DNA from: Minisyncoccota bacterium
Lineage (GTDB): Bacteria > Patescibacteriota > Minisyncoccia > Phycocordibacterales > SW-6-46-9
Length of the DNA stretch: 64,000 nt
Reading direction: 5' to 3'
Assembly: GCA_040905385.1 (NCBI GenBank)
Contig: JBBDRP010000002.1
Coordinates: 595,403-659,402 of the forward strand
Shown here piece by piece: positions 1 through 9,696 of the stretch. Made by a program: the position numbers and the translations under genes. A model generated the notes under the pieces. The model searched no databases. It was given only the letters and a program-made list of their open reading frames with translations, and had not been told where the DNA came from. Every line of letters begins with the position of its first letter. The first letter of the stretch is position 1.

Positions 1-615
1 TTATCTATTTTTTGGATACTGGAACGATCAACGGTAGTCACTGAACTGACGACTGAGATCAGAACAATCAACGAAATTACTTTTACCGAGCTAGATACCA
101 TCACTATCACCCTCAAATCAGTGGCGCTTCATCATCGAGAGACCGGCTGGAAGACCATCTCTTACCCAAACAGAGACATTCCACTAAATACAGAGGTAAG
201 TACCAACCTTGATTCAGTATCTATCACAGAGGGGCAATACGATGCGGTACAGATAACCTTCTCCCAAGCTACTCTGCCCGAGGGTCGATCTAATACGGAA
301 ATATCCATACCTACAAAGCGCGTAGAAATCCCGGCCGACATCAACACCCTAAACGGCAGTCCGCAGCTAATAAAAATTACAATTGATGCCAAACATTCAC
401 TGTATAGATCAAACCAGGCCGAAAACGTATTCGTATTTCTCCCGCACATCTTATTTACATCCACTGTCGGAGATGCGATGTACACCAAAAACCATGTACA
501 TGTCACTGATGATGGAGATGTGCGCTACGGACGACCGTATATATTCACAGAGAGCAGTACTAACAGTCCTGCTGAAGAAGATACTTCATTAGAGAAGACT
601 AATTCTACTGAATAA
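1..615 (+). CDS. C-terminal portion of a larger protein (5' end lies upstream of window), hypothetical secreted/surface protein
   Basis: Frame 1 is open from nt 1 to the TAA at 613-615; the track ORF 121..615 only starts at an internal GTG; followed by a hairpin terminator at 649-668. Confidence 0.4.
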   Translation, partial: LSIFWILERSTVVTELTTEIRTINEITFTELDTITITLKSVALHHRETGWKTISYPNRDIPLNTEVSTNLDSVSITEGQYDAVQITFSQATLPEGRSNTEISIPTKRVEIPADINTLNGSPQLIKITIDAKHSLYRSNQAENVFVFLPHILFTSTVGDAMYTKNHVHVTDDGDVRYGRPYIFTESSTNSPAEEDTSLEKTNSTE

Positions 616-644
616 TAACTCATATGTTAATTATAAGTAGAACA

Positions 645-669
645 AAAAACCGGCAGGGCCGGTTTTTTG
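645..669. terminator. Bidirectional intrinsic terminator (ACCGGC-aggg-GCCGGT flanked by A5 and T6) between convergent genes
   Basis: Stem 649-654/658-663 with A-run 645-649 and T-run 663-668. Confidence 0.6.
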
Positions 670-694
670 CGATAAATATATTGTGTGTGGACGC

Positions 695-1621
695 TTATTC
701 CTGTGGAGTTGTCTCGGCTTCTGTTTCGGTTTCAATCTCAGACTCTTCTTCACCTTCAGCATCAGCTGCACCTTCTGTGGTTGGTGCTGACTGCGTCTGT
801 GTTGCCGGAGCCTGCTGCTGATTAATCTCAGCCGGGTAGCTTACGCCCTCAAGCAGTATCTCTATCTCGGCATTTTCACGTGCCTGATTTAGCAGATCAA
901 CGGCGATCTGTTGACGCTTCTGCTGAATAACTGCCTGCTCAATCTGCGGTCGCAGCTCTTCAAGTGATGGGGTCTGTACCTCCTGACCTTCTGGAGATGC
1001 CTGACCAATCTGTGCCGCATACTGCTGGTAAAGCTCATTAATTTCAGCCTCAGTAGCCGTGATTTCTCCACCGGCCTCCTGCTCGATATAGGCATTGATA
1101 AGAAGCTGGTTTCGTAGATCCTCTCGAACCTCCTCTTCAGTCACATCATTCTGCACCAGTCGATTCTCGAATTCATCGCGTCCAATCTGATCGATACTCG
1201 ACTGTAGCTGTGTCTCAACCTCTTCGTCACTGACTGTTACGCCGGCACCACGAGCTGCCTGAAGCTGTAGTTCGGTGTTTATGATTCCTTCCAGAAGCAC
1301 CTCCTGCTGATCTATATCAGAAAGATTATTAAACTGCTGTGCCTGTGGAGTATTCGCATTACGAAGACTTTGTAACTGTTCAGAGAGAACATCACCAGAA
1401 ATTTCTTCACCATTCACGATTGCTACCGGACCGCTTATATCACTTCCGCTTCCCACTTCAGACTGTGAAAAGTAGTATCCAGCCCCAACCAAGGCGGCTA
1501 CGATCACGACCGTTAAAATAGTACGCATAGCACCGCCACCGCCTGATTGACTCTCGGGCTTACTTTTACTCTGTGGTGCCTCCTGCTCATTTTGCTCTTC
1601 ATCTTTGCGTCGAATATCCAT
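695..1621 (-). CDS. Acidic periplasmic chaperone-like protein (SurA N-terminal/PpiD-like domain), N-terminal TM anchor
   Basis: TM segment TILTVVIVAALVGAGYY, then coiled acidic region with SurA-N-like pattern (NTELQLQAARGAGVTVSDEEVE...DLRNQLLINAYIEQ); start could instead be the internal MRTIL (1528). Confidence 0.4.
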   Translation of the reverse strand: MDIRRKDEEQNEQEAPQSKSKPESQSGGGGAMRTILTVVIVAALVGAGYYFSQSEVGSGSDISGPVAIVNGEEISGDVLSEQLQSLRNANTPQAQQFNNLSDIDQQEVLLEGIINTELQLQAARGAGVTVSDEEVETQLQSSIDQIGRDEFENRLVQNDVTEEEVREDLRNQLLINAYIEQEAGGEITATEAEINELYQQYAAQIGQASPEGQEVQTPSLEELRPQIEQAVIQQKRQQIAVDLLNQARENAEIEILLEGVSYPAEINQQQAPATQTQSAPTTEGAADAEGEEESEIETETEAETTPQE

Positions 1622-1704
1622 AGATTTGGGTTAAATAATTGATTAAAGGAACAACCGCTTGTTTATAACAACATAATATCACACTCCACAGAAAGGAAAG
1701 TGGA

Positions 1705-1875
1705 TTACTTCTTCTCTGTGTACAGTGTGTGTGTGCGAGCAACTGGATTATACTTCCGCATGGAAATCTTCTCCTTCAGCTTCGATTTGTTCTTTTTTGT
1801 ATAACGAATGTGCCCAGCGCCACGGCCGTTTTCGTCACCTTCTGATTCAAGTTTAATAATATTATTCTGTGACAT
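1705..1875 (-). CDS. rpmG: 50S ribosomal protein L33
   Basis: 56-aa ORF not in track (<60 aa): MSQNNIIKLESEGDENGRGAGHIRYTKKNKSKLKEKISMRKYNPVARTHTLYTEKK matches the L33 pattern (GTGHFYTTTKNKRT..KLELKKFDPVVRKHVLYKE). Confidence 0.75.
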   Translation of the reverse strand: MSQNNIIKLESEGDENGRGAGHIRYTKKNKSKLKEKISMRKYNPVARTHTLYTEKK

Positions 1876-1950
1876 TTTTTCTCTAAAATTAACCAGTAAG
1901 ATTGCGGGTTCCTTCTGATTATAGCGTTTTATACCGTTTCTGCAATAAGT

Positions 1951-2499
1951 CTAGTCTAAAAACGATCGTAGTGTTGCAGTACTCTCATCCGAAAGCGAGC
2001 TCTTCTCATCAGCACCGGATGCCGCTACAGCAATGATTGTACTCAGCTCGCCGGACACATCATCGTCCTCCAATGTGATCGTGATCGGAAGATACGTAAT
2101 TTCTTCCTTGGATGTCAGCGGCATAATGCGATGCTGTGTAGAGCGCGGAAGTTGTAGCTGGGTATCACACGGAATCTCTCGTAGACTATCACCCTGCATG
2201 TACGCTAACGTAATCTCGGGATAATCACAGGAGTAAGAAAGAAATTTCATTCTCACCGAGGATGCCGGATCACTGACGCCAATAGTTACAGTTTCACGAT
2301 GTGAGGCATTGCGATTATCAATCCGCACCGACATTGTTTGTCGCTGAGCTTCATATGGCGTGGTAAGAGAAAAAAGATCCGCCATATATGGAGCAATGTG
2401 TATTGGCAGGACCAAACCACCGACCGCAATAATTGCTACCAGAAGAGTCAACTCACCAGCCGTCGACAAAACTTTCCGCTTTTTTCCTTCCTTTTTCAT
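1951..2499 (-). CDS. Hypothetical membrane-anchored protein (N-terminal TM, extracytoplasmic domain)
   Basis: K-rich N-terminus then TM helix LTLLVAIIAVGGLVL; divergent from the sortase gene. Confidence 0.4.
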   Translation of the reverse strand: MKKEGKKRKVLSTAGELTLLVAIIAVGGLVLPIHIAPYMADLFSLTTPYEAQRQTMSVRIDNRNASHRETVTIGVSDPASSVRMKFLSYSCDYPEITLAYMQGDSLREIPCDTQLQLPRSTQHRIMPLTSKEEITYLPITITLEDDDVSGELSTIIAVAASGADEKSSLSDESTATLRSFLD

Positions 2500-2600
2500 G
2501 GGTAAAATATTACATTATTTTACTTATTTGTCAATTATTTCTTCTTATTAGTTCTATTATGTAGTTGACTAACGGATTATAATATTGTATCTTATTATAT

Positions 2601-3281
2601 ATGACAGCAACTATACCGCGTACAGGTAAAACAACGGTGCCTTTTTGGCAGAACCGCTATCTCTACGCCTACACCGTAGCCGGGATGATGGCGATTTTAT
2701 ACCTACTCTTCTACTTTCTTGGTCTCGTACCAGTTGATTTTCGTTACGAGCCCAGCACACCAAGCCGTAGAAATACCCCCGCAGTGAGCGCTCAAAGCAC
2801 CACTACGATCGATAATCTTTCACCGGCCGTTCCGCAGAATGAGCAGGCTAGCCACATCACTATCGACAAAATCGGCGTTGATACCCCGATCATGAATCCC
2901 GTAAGTACCAATATCCAGACGCTCAACAACTACCTCTCCGAAGGAGCCGTCCGCTACCCCACCTCTGGCACACCCGGCGACGGAAATCTCTTCCTGTTCG
3001 GGCACAGCTCAGGTCTTTCCAACATCATCAATCAGGCCTACAAGGCCTTCAATAACATTGGTGAGCTCGAAAAAGGTGATACAATAAAAGTAGAAACGTT
3101 CTCTGGAACCTACTACTACTCCGTTATTGATGTCGAGCTACACAAGGATGCGGAAATCTTCGTCCCGTTTGATACGGGCAAGGATATGCTGACCCTGTCA
3201 ACCTGCAACAACTTCGGAGCCAAGGAGGACCGATTTGTCGTTCGGGCCAAGTTTACCAACTATGTACCTTACGTACAGTAG
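2601..3281 (+). CDS. Sortase family transpeptidase
   Basis: N-terminal TM; catalytic His in LFLFGHSSG, Cys in TLSTCNNFG (TLXTC), Arg in FVVRAKF. Confidence 0.75.
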   Translation: MTATIPRTGKTTVPFWQNRYLYAYTVAGMMAILYLLFYFLGLVPVDFRYEPSTPSRRNTPAVSAQSTTTIDNLSPAVPQNEQASHITIDKIGVDTPIMNPVSTNIQTLNNYLSEGAVRYPTSGTPGDGNLFLFGHSSGLSNIINQAYKAFNNIGELEKGDTIKVETFSGTYYYSVIDVELHKDAEIFVPFDTGKDMLTLSTCNNFGAKEDRFVVRAKFTNYVPYVQ

Positions 3282-3374
3282 TAACTTGAGATGTCATTAA
3301 ATAATTGACATATTATTAAATTAAGGTATTATTAGAAAGTATTAAAAGCCCAAAGTCAATTAATTACAAACATT

Positions 3375-5216
3375 ATGAATATGCAAGCAATCACAAAAAT
3401 TCTCAGGTTCATGGCTGTCCTCTCACTCATGTTCACACCATCAGTGGCAAGTGCCTGGGTAGACCCGGAAATCAGAGACTTTACTATTGATTGTGAGGTG
3501 GATGATAATGTCCAAGCTAATCTTTACAGTGTCACCTACTATAAGCTCACCAACGTTTCCACAGGTGACATCATTGTGGAATGGGAGGATCGAAATCAAC
3601 CAGAACATGATGAGCTACCGATTTCGTTCAATCTAGAAGACGGTGACTATCGTTTGTATGTTGAAAACTACGACGGTGACAGCATCCCCCCAAAGAACTT
3701 TACGGTTGATTGTGATAAGCCAGAACCTGAACTGGAAATCAAGCACCTGTGTGTTGGAACCAGTGCAAATAGTGGTGAGCTTGAGGTAACTGCCCCAAAT
3801 GGTCTTGACTGGTATGAGCTCTTCCGTACAGATACCACTCCAAATACATTGATCTCATCTAGTACAAACGTAACCGCAGGTGACATTAATGACCCTAAAT
3901 TTAAAAACCTTTCTGACGGAAACTACAGTTTTACAGGTACTCTTGGAACCAACTTCGAGACAGATACTACTATTGAATTCGATTGCTACGAAGAACCAGC
4001 ACTAGAACCTATCTCCTGCCCCTTTGATTCTAGTGACGGAACTGTAATTAACTTCAGCGAAAAAAATCGCGTCCGTGCTGACCTGGGTGAAAATGCTTCA
4101 CGAACTAACGTCGAAAGCGTCAATCTTCCTGCCGGTACCTACCGAGTACAGCTATTCGGATATGATCAGCATGAAAACCGCAGTAGTCAGACACAGCCTC
4201 GTGAGACATTCTTCCTCTCCTTGCTAAACAATGGAGTAGAAATCACGCAGACTCCTGAATTTGTTGGCTCTAGTAATCTTGGCGACCTAGAAGACGGAGT
4301 AAACTCTGCTCAGGATACCTTTGTAGTTAATAACTTTGCGGTACCTGAAGATATTGATGCTGTTGTAGGTATTAGTGCCCCGTATACTGACGGTGAAACA
4401 GACAATGCTAACAGCATCGATCTATGTGCCGCTTTTGAGTTAATAGAGGAAGAGCCACAAGATGACTTTACTGGACAGTGTGTAGTATCCCCACGCAACG
4501 TAGAGACTGGTGAAGATGTCACCTGGTCTGCAAGCGCCTCCGGTGGAGACGGAACATACACCTACAGCTGGGATCTTGAAGGCAGCAACGACGATGACGA
4601 TACTCGAGAAATTACTACTTCCTACAACAACGAGGGAACGTTTAATGGAACAGTAGAAATTTCAGATGGTGATCTCGTAATTCAGCGCACCTGCAGCATC
4701 CGTGTCGAAGATGAAGACGATAACGGTGGTGGAGGAGGTGGAGATCGACTAGATCCACGGGACCCTGATGATGACGGAGAAGTTCGCGGTGACCGCGACG
4801 TCTTCGGCGTCCAGTGTCTCCCTGAGAAGTCTGCCTACCTGGTTGGTGAGGTCGTAACCTTTAACGCCACTGTTGATGGTGACATCGACGAAGATGATGC
4901 CGACTTCAGCTGGAGCGGACACAGCTCACTTGACGAAGACGACGAGCGTGCGACCGCCCAGTACACCACAACCGGTATTAAAGAGGTAGAGGTAGAAGCC
5001 GAGTACGATGGCGATGTAGAGCGCGATACCTGTTTCGTACAGATTGCCGGCGCTGGTGTAACCCTCGACCAGGTGCCATACACCGGTCCTGGAGACACCG
5101 CCAAGACCCTTGGATTCATCATGACACTGGTGCTTCTATCTGGTATCGGAGCTCACACCATGATCCGACGCCGCGAGGACAGCATTCCGGTCGGAATCCC
5201 AAACAAGTCTAACTAA
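3375..5216 (+). CDS. Large secreted surface protein with PKD-like repeats and a C-terminal sortase-type sorting signal (VPYTG + TM + RRRED)
   Basis: Signal peptide MAVLSLMFTPSVASA; two PKD-like repeats (..GEDVTWSASASGGDGTYTYSWDLEG.., ..FNATVDGDIDEDDADFSWSG..); Gly8 linker; C-terminus QVPYTGPGDTAKTLGFIMTLVLLSGIGAHTMIRRRED. Confidence 0.6.
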   Translation: MNMQAITKILRFMAVLSLMFTPSVASAWVDPEIRDFTIDCEVDDNVQANLYSVTYYKLTNVSTGDIIVEWEDRNQPEHDELPISFNLEDGDYRLYVENYDGDSIPPKNFTVDCDKPEPELEIKHLCVGTSANSGELEVTAPNGLDWYELFRTDTTPNTLISSSTNVTAGDINDPKFKNLSDGNYSFTGTLGTNFETDTTIEFDCYEEPALEPISCPFDSSDGTVINFSEKNRVRADLGENASRTNVESVNLPAGTYRVQLFGYDQHENRSSQTQPRETFFLSLLNNGVEITQTPEFVGSSNLGDLEDGVNSAQDTFVVNNFAVPEDIDAVVGISAPYTDGETDNANSIDLCAAFELIEEEPQDDFTGQCVVSPRNVETGEDVTWSASASGGDGTYTYSWDLEGSNDDDDTREITTSYNNEGTFNGTVEISDGDLVIQRTCSIRVEDEDDNGGGGGGDRLDPRDPDDDGEVRGDRDVFGVQCLPEKSAYLVGEVVTFNATVDGDIDEDDADFSWSGHSSLDEDDERATAQYTTTGIKEVEVEAEYDGDVERDTCFVQIAGAGVTLDQVPYTGPGDTAKTLGFIMTLVLLSGIGAHTMIRRREDSIPVGIPNKSN

Positions 5217-5238
5217 CTCCTCCCCAACACAAAGACAG

Positions 5239-5270
5239 AAACACCCGGCTTTATAGCTGGGTGTTTTTTT
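5239..5270 (+). terminator. Intrinsic terminator after the surface-protein gene
   Basis: AACACCCGGCT-ttat-AGCTGGGTGTT followed by T7. Confidence 0.65.
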
Positions 5271-5884
5271 GTACCGAAGCAAAGAATATGGCATGTTACT
5301 ATTCTCATATGCATACCAAACGAAACTATCTTGTCCTGGCCGGGATTATCGCCTTCTTAGGCGCCTGGAGCCTGCTCCTGTGGCACTTTCCACCCCAAGA
5401 GATAGTTGACTACCTCGGTGTTGAAAATGGGCTGATTATCGCCTTTCTGGTCGCACTCTTTGGTGGCTTCTCTAGCTTTACCTCTGTGTCTTACTACAGC
5501 GTTATCGTCATCCTGGCTGCCGGTGGTGTGAATCCGATCCTGCTCGGAATCTGTACCGGGGTTGGCCTGACCTTTGGTGACTCACTAGTTTATTATCTGG
5601 GAACCCAGAGCCATGAAGTCCTTGAGGGCAGAATGCTCGAGTGGTCAAATCGTGTCTCTGCCTGGGTGAATGACCAACACGAGCGCATGGTGCAGCTTTT
5701 TGTATTTATCTACACCGGTCTCACACCACTGCCAAATGATCTTCTTACTGCCTCGCTCGGGCTGGCCACCTACTCATATCGACACTTCCTGCCGGCGCTG
5801 CTGCTGGGAAATATTACACTGGCGATTCTTCTAGCTGAGTTTTCCAACCTAGACTTTATAAAAACACTGCTTGGTGTCCAGTAA
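5261..5884 (+). CDS. DedA/VTT-domain family membrane protein
   Basis: Multi-TM with the G-rich VTT-like core (GGFSSFTSVSYYSVIVILAAGG...GDSLVYYLG); the true start is probably internal (MHTKRNYLV, ~5312). Confidence 0.45.
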   Translation: MFFCTEAKNMACYYSHMHTKRNYLVLAGIIAFLGAWSLLLWHFPPQEIVDYLGVENGLIIAFLVALFGGFSSFTSVSYYSVIVILAAGGVNPILLGICTGVGLTFGDSLVYYLGTQSHEVLEGRMLEWSNRVSAWVNDQHERMVQLFVFIYTGLTPLPNDLLTASLGLATYSYRHFLPALLLGNITLAILLAEFSNLDFIKTLLGVQ

Positions 5885-5890
5885 GTTTTT

Positions 5891-6379
5891 TTAAATCGAC
5901 TGCTGCGTAAATGATCCATCCTCGGTATCGAAAATTCCCCACGACGGAGCACTGCCACGGTACGATATTGCCCCCGGATTCAGTACCCGCGCCCCTTTTA
6001 CCCGGCGGTCGGTAAACCGATGCGTGTGTCCATGAATGCACAGGTGATAAATCCCCGACTGTGCCTTAGCCGTTGCCTCCTGCGGATAGTGGTGCATAAA
6101 GATGCGTATACCCTTTCGCTGGATATCGCACACCTCACCGTGGTAAATAACGTTATCCGAGGCCGCTGCCGCGGCATGGATTTCATCCACCTCAAATTCA
6201 TTGTTACCAATTATGATATGCACCGGACCGAAAAACTCAGCTAGCGTCTCCACGCCCGCTGGCCGCACAAGATCACCAGCAAAAAACAGCACCTCACAAC
6301 TTTCATCACTCGCTGCAGCAACGGCGGCGGAGAGATCCTCCCAACTGTCATGGCTGTCTGAAAGTATTGCTATCTTCAT
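5891..6379 (-). CDS. Metallophosphoesterase (YfcE/MJ0936-like phosphodiesterase)
   Basis: MKIAILSDSHD...GDLV...GNNE...HGHTHRF metal-binding motifs. Confidence 0.7.
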   Translation of the reverse strand: MKIAILSDSHDSWEDLSAAVAAASDESCEVLFFAGDLVRPAGVETLAEFFGPVHIIIGNNEFEVDEIHAAAAASDNVIYHGEVCDIQRKGIRIFMHHYPQEATAKAQSGIYHLCIHGHTHRFTDRRVKGARVLNPGAISYRGSAPSWGIFDTEDGSFTQQSI

Positions 6380-6402
6380 AGATACTCAGTATACCAAGAG
6401 AT

Positions 6403-6438
6403 AAAAAACCCCCCACTTTTGAAAAGTGGGGGGTTTTT
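6403..6438. terminator. Bidirectional intrinsic terminator
   Basis: CCCCCCACT-tttgaaa-AGTGGGGGG flanked by A6 and T5. Confidence 0.65.
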
Positions 6439-6454
6439 AACTTTTAAGAGGCGC

Positions 6455-7105
6455 TTAGTACTGCGCTTCGGTTTCACCCTCAGTCTCGACCTCAACCTCA
6501 ACACCGGTTGCGGCGTCAGTCTCGTTGTCTACTTCTGCATCTGCGGACGTCGTAGCCGCTGTGTTGCTGTCTATCTCAACTTCTACCTCTGTGCCAGTTG
6601 CTGAATTCTCTTCAGTACCTGTTGTTTCGTTGGCAATCAAACGACAACCCTCAAAGACTACTTCTCCATCCTGTTCAATCACTGCCTCACCTTCCTGGCT
6701 TAGGAACGTGACATTGCCATCAGTAGATGAGTAGAGTGAGCCGTCGGCTCCTTCAACCTCGCTAAGTACCGCAACATCACCATTTGGTAGCGTTACCGAT
6801 GCTTCGCCGTCAACACTCATATCAGCCGTGATCTGCTCACCATCCTCACACCGAAATGTCTGCATATCCTCATCCATTTCTACCTGCTGTGTAGTTGTGG
6901 CTGAATCATTATCTTCTTCATCAGTATCTCCATTATTATTCGTAAGAAGTACTGCGCCACCACCAATTGCAATTGCCACAATAATAACGATAGCGATAGA
7001 GGAGATTCCATGATTTAGGTTCAAATTTCTATAATCCATAAACGTATATTTTAGGTTAAACATAATAATCTTAACTACGCTTCTCGACGCGGAGCGCATG
7101 TACAA
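6455..7105 (-). CDS. Secreted acidic low-complexity protein (N-terminal TM/signal)
   Basis: TM helix IAIVIIVAIAIGGGAVLL then a D/E/T-rich sequence. Confidence 0.4.
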   Translation of the reverse strand: MYMRSASRSVVKIIMFNLKYTFMDYRNLNLNHGISSIAIVIIVAIAIGGGAVLLTNNNGDTDEEDNDSATTTQQVEMDEDMQTFRCEDGEQITADMSVDGEASVTLPNGDVAVLSEVEGADGSLYSSTDGNVTFLSQEGEAVIEQDGEVVFEGCRLIANETTGTEENSATGTEVEVEIDSNTAATTSADAEVDNETDAATGVEVEVETEGETEAQY

Positions 7106-7124
7106 AGGTCTCTAACTAGTTTTT

Positions 7125-7328
7125 CTAAACCGATCCATTTCCATAACACTCTCCGGACGACTCGCTCCAGATATTTCCACTAGACAAGCACGTATCACGA
7201 TCAACTGTCGGAACAGATGTTCCAATGCCTGCTGATAAACTTACGAGTAGCAGCAAGAAAACAATGACGATCAAGGAGATGAGCGCCATCTGTTTTCGGG
7301 TTGTTGGCTTATTCGCTTTCTCACTCAT
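7125..7328 (-). CDS. Small membrane/secreted protein
   Basis: 67 aa with TM LISLIVIVFLLLLVSL and a Cys pair. Confidence 0.3.
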   Translation of the reverse strand: MSEKANKPTTRKQMALISLIVIVFLLLLVSLSAGIGTSVPTVDRDTCLSSGNIWSESSGECYGNGSV

Positions 7329-7368
7329 ACAATCAGAAATTCTCTACTACCGGCTACCATCATTATGC

Positions 7369-7647
7369 TTATTCCTCGACCTCTACGTGCTTGATCGTAA
7401 CGCCTTCAGACTCCATTTTCTCAGCGTCATCCTTTGAGAGGAACTTGAACATATTTCCGCCACAGTTTCCACACTCACCTCGTGCTGAGTAGCGTCCGCC
7501 CTTCTCCGTAACTTCAATATTATTCATCTCCTGAATCTGTTCCGCATTCTCATCGTGCTTGCACTTCATGCATAGAGCTGTAAGAGTTGCCATAAATTTA
7601 ATGTAATTACTTAATAAACTACGTATATAGTGCCATAAATCAGCCAA
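7369..7647 (-). CDS. Small zinc-ribbon protein (CxxC...CxxC)
   Basis: CMKCKH ... CGNCGG; the true start is probably MATLTAL. Confidence 0.35.
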   Translation of the reverse strand: MADLWHYIRSLLSNYIKFMATLTALCMKCKHDENAEQIQEMNNIEVTEKGGRYSARGECGNCGGNMFKFLSKDDAEKMESEGVTIKHVEVEE

Positions 7648-7694
7648 TATATAAAGAGATATAATTCAAAACAGACAAATATCCGAAAGGCAAG

Positions 7695-8258
7695 TTATTT
7701 TTGACAGATGTAGATAAATGCCGGTGGTAGATTACGCACGACACTCGTCTTCGTTACCTGGGTGAATATACGAGCAAGATTGGACCGAAATAATCTCCCT
7801 CGAGGCAGTTGATGGAACGGAACATACGAGAAGGTCAGAAATAATCCATCCTTATCCAACGCTGTGTATATCTGGCGCAGAAGATTCTGCTGCTTTTCAT
7901 CCGAAAAACTCGTCCACGGTAGACCTGATATCACTCGCTGACACGTATCATGACCATCCATAGACAGATACTCAACAATATTCTCAGCATCACCGTGATG
8001 AACCGTAATTTGTGGATACTGCTGTCGCAGATGCTGGACAAATTTTTCGTTTATCTCAATACCAACATACTGACTACTTTTCGAAATCCTGGCTCGTATG
8101 TTGTCGGTAAATGCACCGGTTCCGGGACCTATCTCAACCACCACATCATCCGCCGTAATCTCAGCAGAGTCGACCATTAATTTCGCTAGTTTCTTAGAGC
8201 TCGGCGCTATGGCTCCGATTTTCTTCGGGTGTGTAGCTATTTCCTTTAGAAATTTCAT
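7695..8258 (-). CDS. Class I SAM-dependent methyltransferase (rRNA adenine dimethylase-like fold)
   Basis: Motif I VVEIGPGTGAFT. Confidence 0.6.
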   Translation of the reverse strand: MKFLKEIATHPKKIGAIAPSSKKLAKLMVDSAEITADDVVVEIGPGTGAFTDNIRARISKSSQYVGIEINEKFVQHLRQQYPQITVHHGDAENIVEYLSMDGHDTCQRVISGLPWTSFSDEKQQNLLRQIYTALDKDGLFLTFSYVPFHQLPRGRLFRSNLARIFTQVTKTSVVRNLPPAFIYICQK

Positions 8259-8263
8259 CTTTT

Positions 8264-8902
8264 TTATGACTCGCTCTCAATTTTCACATCCTCAATAACA
8301 ATGTCATCAAGCGGCTTATCACGCGCGTCAGTTTCGACTGCTGCCACTTCATCCACCACATCCATTCCCTCGGTAACGTATCCAAAGATCGTGTAATTAA
8401 ACGGTAACTGCTGATCCTGGTGCATAATAAAGAACTGACTACCATTTGTGTTCGGTCCGCTGTTGGCCATGGCGACCGTACCGCGCTGGTAACCACGCTC
8501 AGCAGCTTTGGAATCTGAATTAAGCTCATCGGCAAAGGTATAGCCCGGACCACCGGTGCCCGTACCAGTTGGATCACCTCCCTGGATCATGAAGCCCTCA
8601 ATAACCCGGTGAAAAATAACACCTTCGTAGAAATCATCCTCGGCCAGTGTGCGAAAATTATCTACTGTATTCGGGGCACTGTCAGGGAAAAAAGCTAGTT
8701 CGATGTCTCCTTTTGATGTCTTGATGGTTGCTGTCATGGTTGCGTTATTGTTAGTACGAGAAATATTCTGCTCCTGCTGGGTCGTGGTGCCAGTATCAAC
8801 TTGCTCCTCCGGCTGCTCAGGGCTTCTATCATTTGCCACAAACAGCCAGATGCTAATACCGATAATGATTACCAGTCCAGTTATTAAAAGTGATTTATTC
8901 AT
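8264..8902 (-). CDS. Peptidyl-prolyl cis-trans isomerase, cyclophilin type, with N-terminal TM/signal
   Basis: FHRVIEGFMIQGGDP...ANSGPNTNGSQFFI cyclophilin signature; start taken at MNKSLL to avoid overlapping the upstream gene. Confidence 0.8.
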   Translation of the reverse strand: MNKSLLITGLVIIIGISIWLFVANDRSPEQPEEQVDTGTTTQQEQNISRTNNNATMTATIKTSKGDIELAFFPDSAPNTVDNFRTLAEDDFYEGVIFHRVIEGFMIQGGDPTGTGTGGPGYTFADELNSDSKAAERGYQRGTVAMANSGPNTNGSQFFIMHQDQQLPFNYTIFGYVTEGMDVVDEVAAVETDARDKPLDDIVIEDVKIESES

Positions 8903-8916
8903 AAGCTTAGTATACC

Positions 8917-9663
8917 TTACCGCTGCTGCCATCCGTAAAAGGCCACCGCTGTTGAGGCCGCTGCATTCAAGGGAAGTCTCTCATCAGTCGGAATCGAGAT
9001 CAACTTATCGCAGTGCTCCTGGGTCTTTTCGCGAATTCCCGTCGCCTCATTACCCAGCACAAAGACTGTTGGTGACGCAAAGTTCTGCTCCGGCAGCGTC
9101 TCCTCCGCCTCACCCTCCAGACCGTACACCCAGAAGTCGTGCTCCTTTAGCTGGCGGATGATTGTGTTAACGTTCCCAATCGAGACAAGCGGAATCCGAA
9201 AGGCTGTCCCAGCCGATACCTTCACCACCGTAGATGAGACCGGCGCCTGGTTGTGCTCCGGAATCAGTACGCCGCTGATCCCAAAAGCCGCCGCATTTCG
9301 AATCACCGCTCCGACATTATGCGGATCCTGCAGCTCGCCCAGGATAACTAAACCGGTATCCTCCGTCACGTCCAAATTCTCGATAAATTCCTTGTAGTCG
9401 ACCAGTAATTTCTCGGCATCAATCTGCGCAATCACACCCTGGTGCGCATCCTCGGGTGACACGCTGCCGGGTGGGTGCTTTTTGCTAAAGTAGTGAATCG
9501 GGATGTCTGTATTCTTCATTCGATCATGCAGCGAGTGCCCCTGATACTCGGATTCAAAAAACACCTGCCTGATAACATCAGGTCGGTGGGCCAGCGCTTC
9601 TTCCAGCGCGTGCTTTCCGTATATGTAGTCTTTTCGTGCGTCCATGTGGTGGCAGTATAGCAA
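8917..9663 (-). CDS. TrmH/SpoU family RNA 2'-O-methyltransferase (RlmB-like)
   Basis: SpoU motifs LVILGELQDPHNVGAVIRNAAAFG, VFVLGNE..G, IPT. Confidence 0.75.
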   Translation of the reverse strand: MLYCHHMDARKDYIYGKHALEEALAHRPDVIRQVFFESEYQGHSLHDRMKNTDIPIHYFSKKHPPGSVSPEDAHQGVIAQIDAEKLLVDYKEFIENLDVTEDTGLVILGELQDPHNVGAVIRNAAAFGISGVLIPEHNQAPVSSTVVKVSAGTAFRIPLVSIGNVNTIIRQLKEHDFWVYGLEGEAEETLPEQNFASPTVFVLGNEATGIREKTQEHCDKLISIPTDERLPLNAAASTAVAFYGWQQR

Positions 9664-9696
9664 CTGAAGGAGCTAAAGCCTAATACTTCCGCAACC

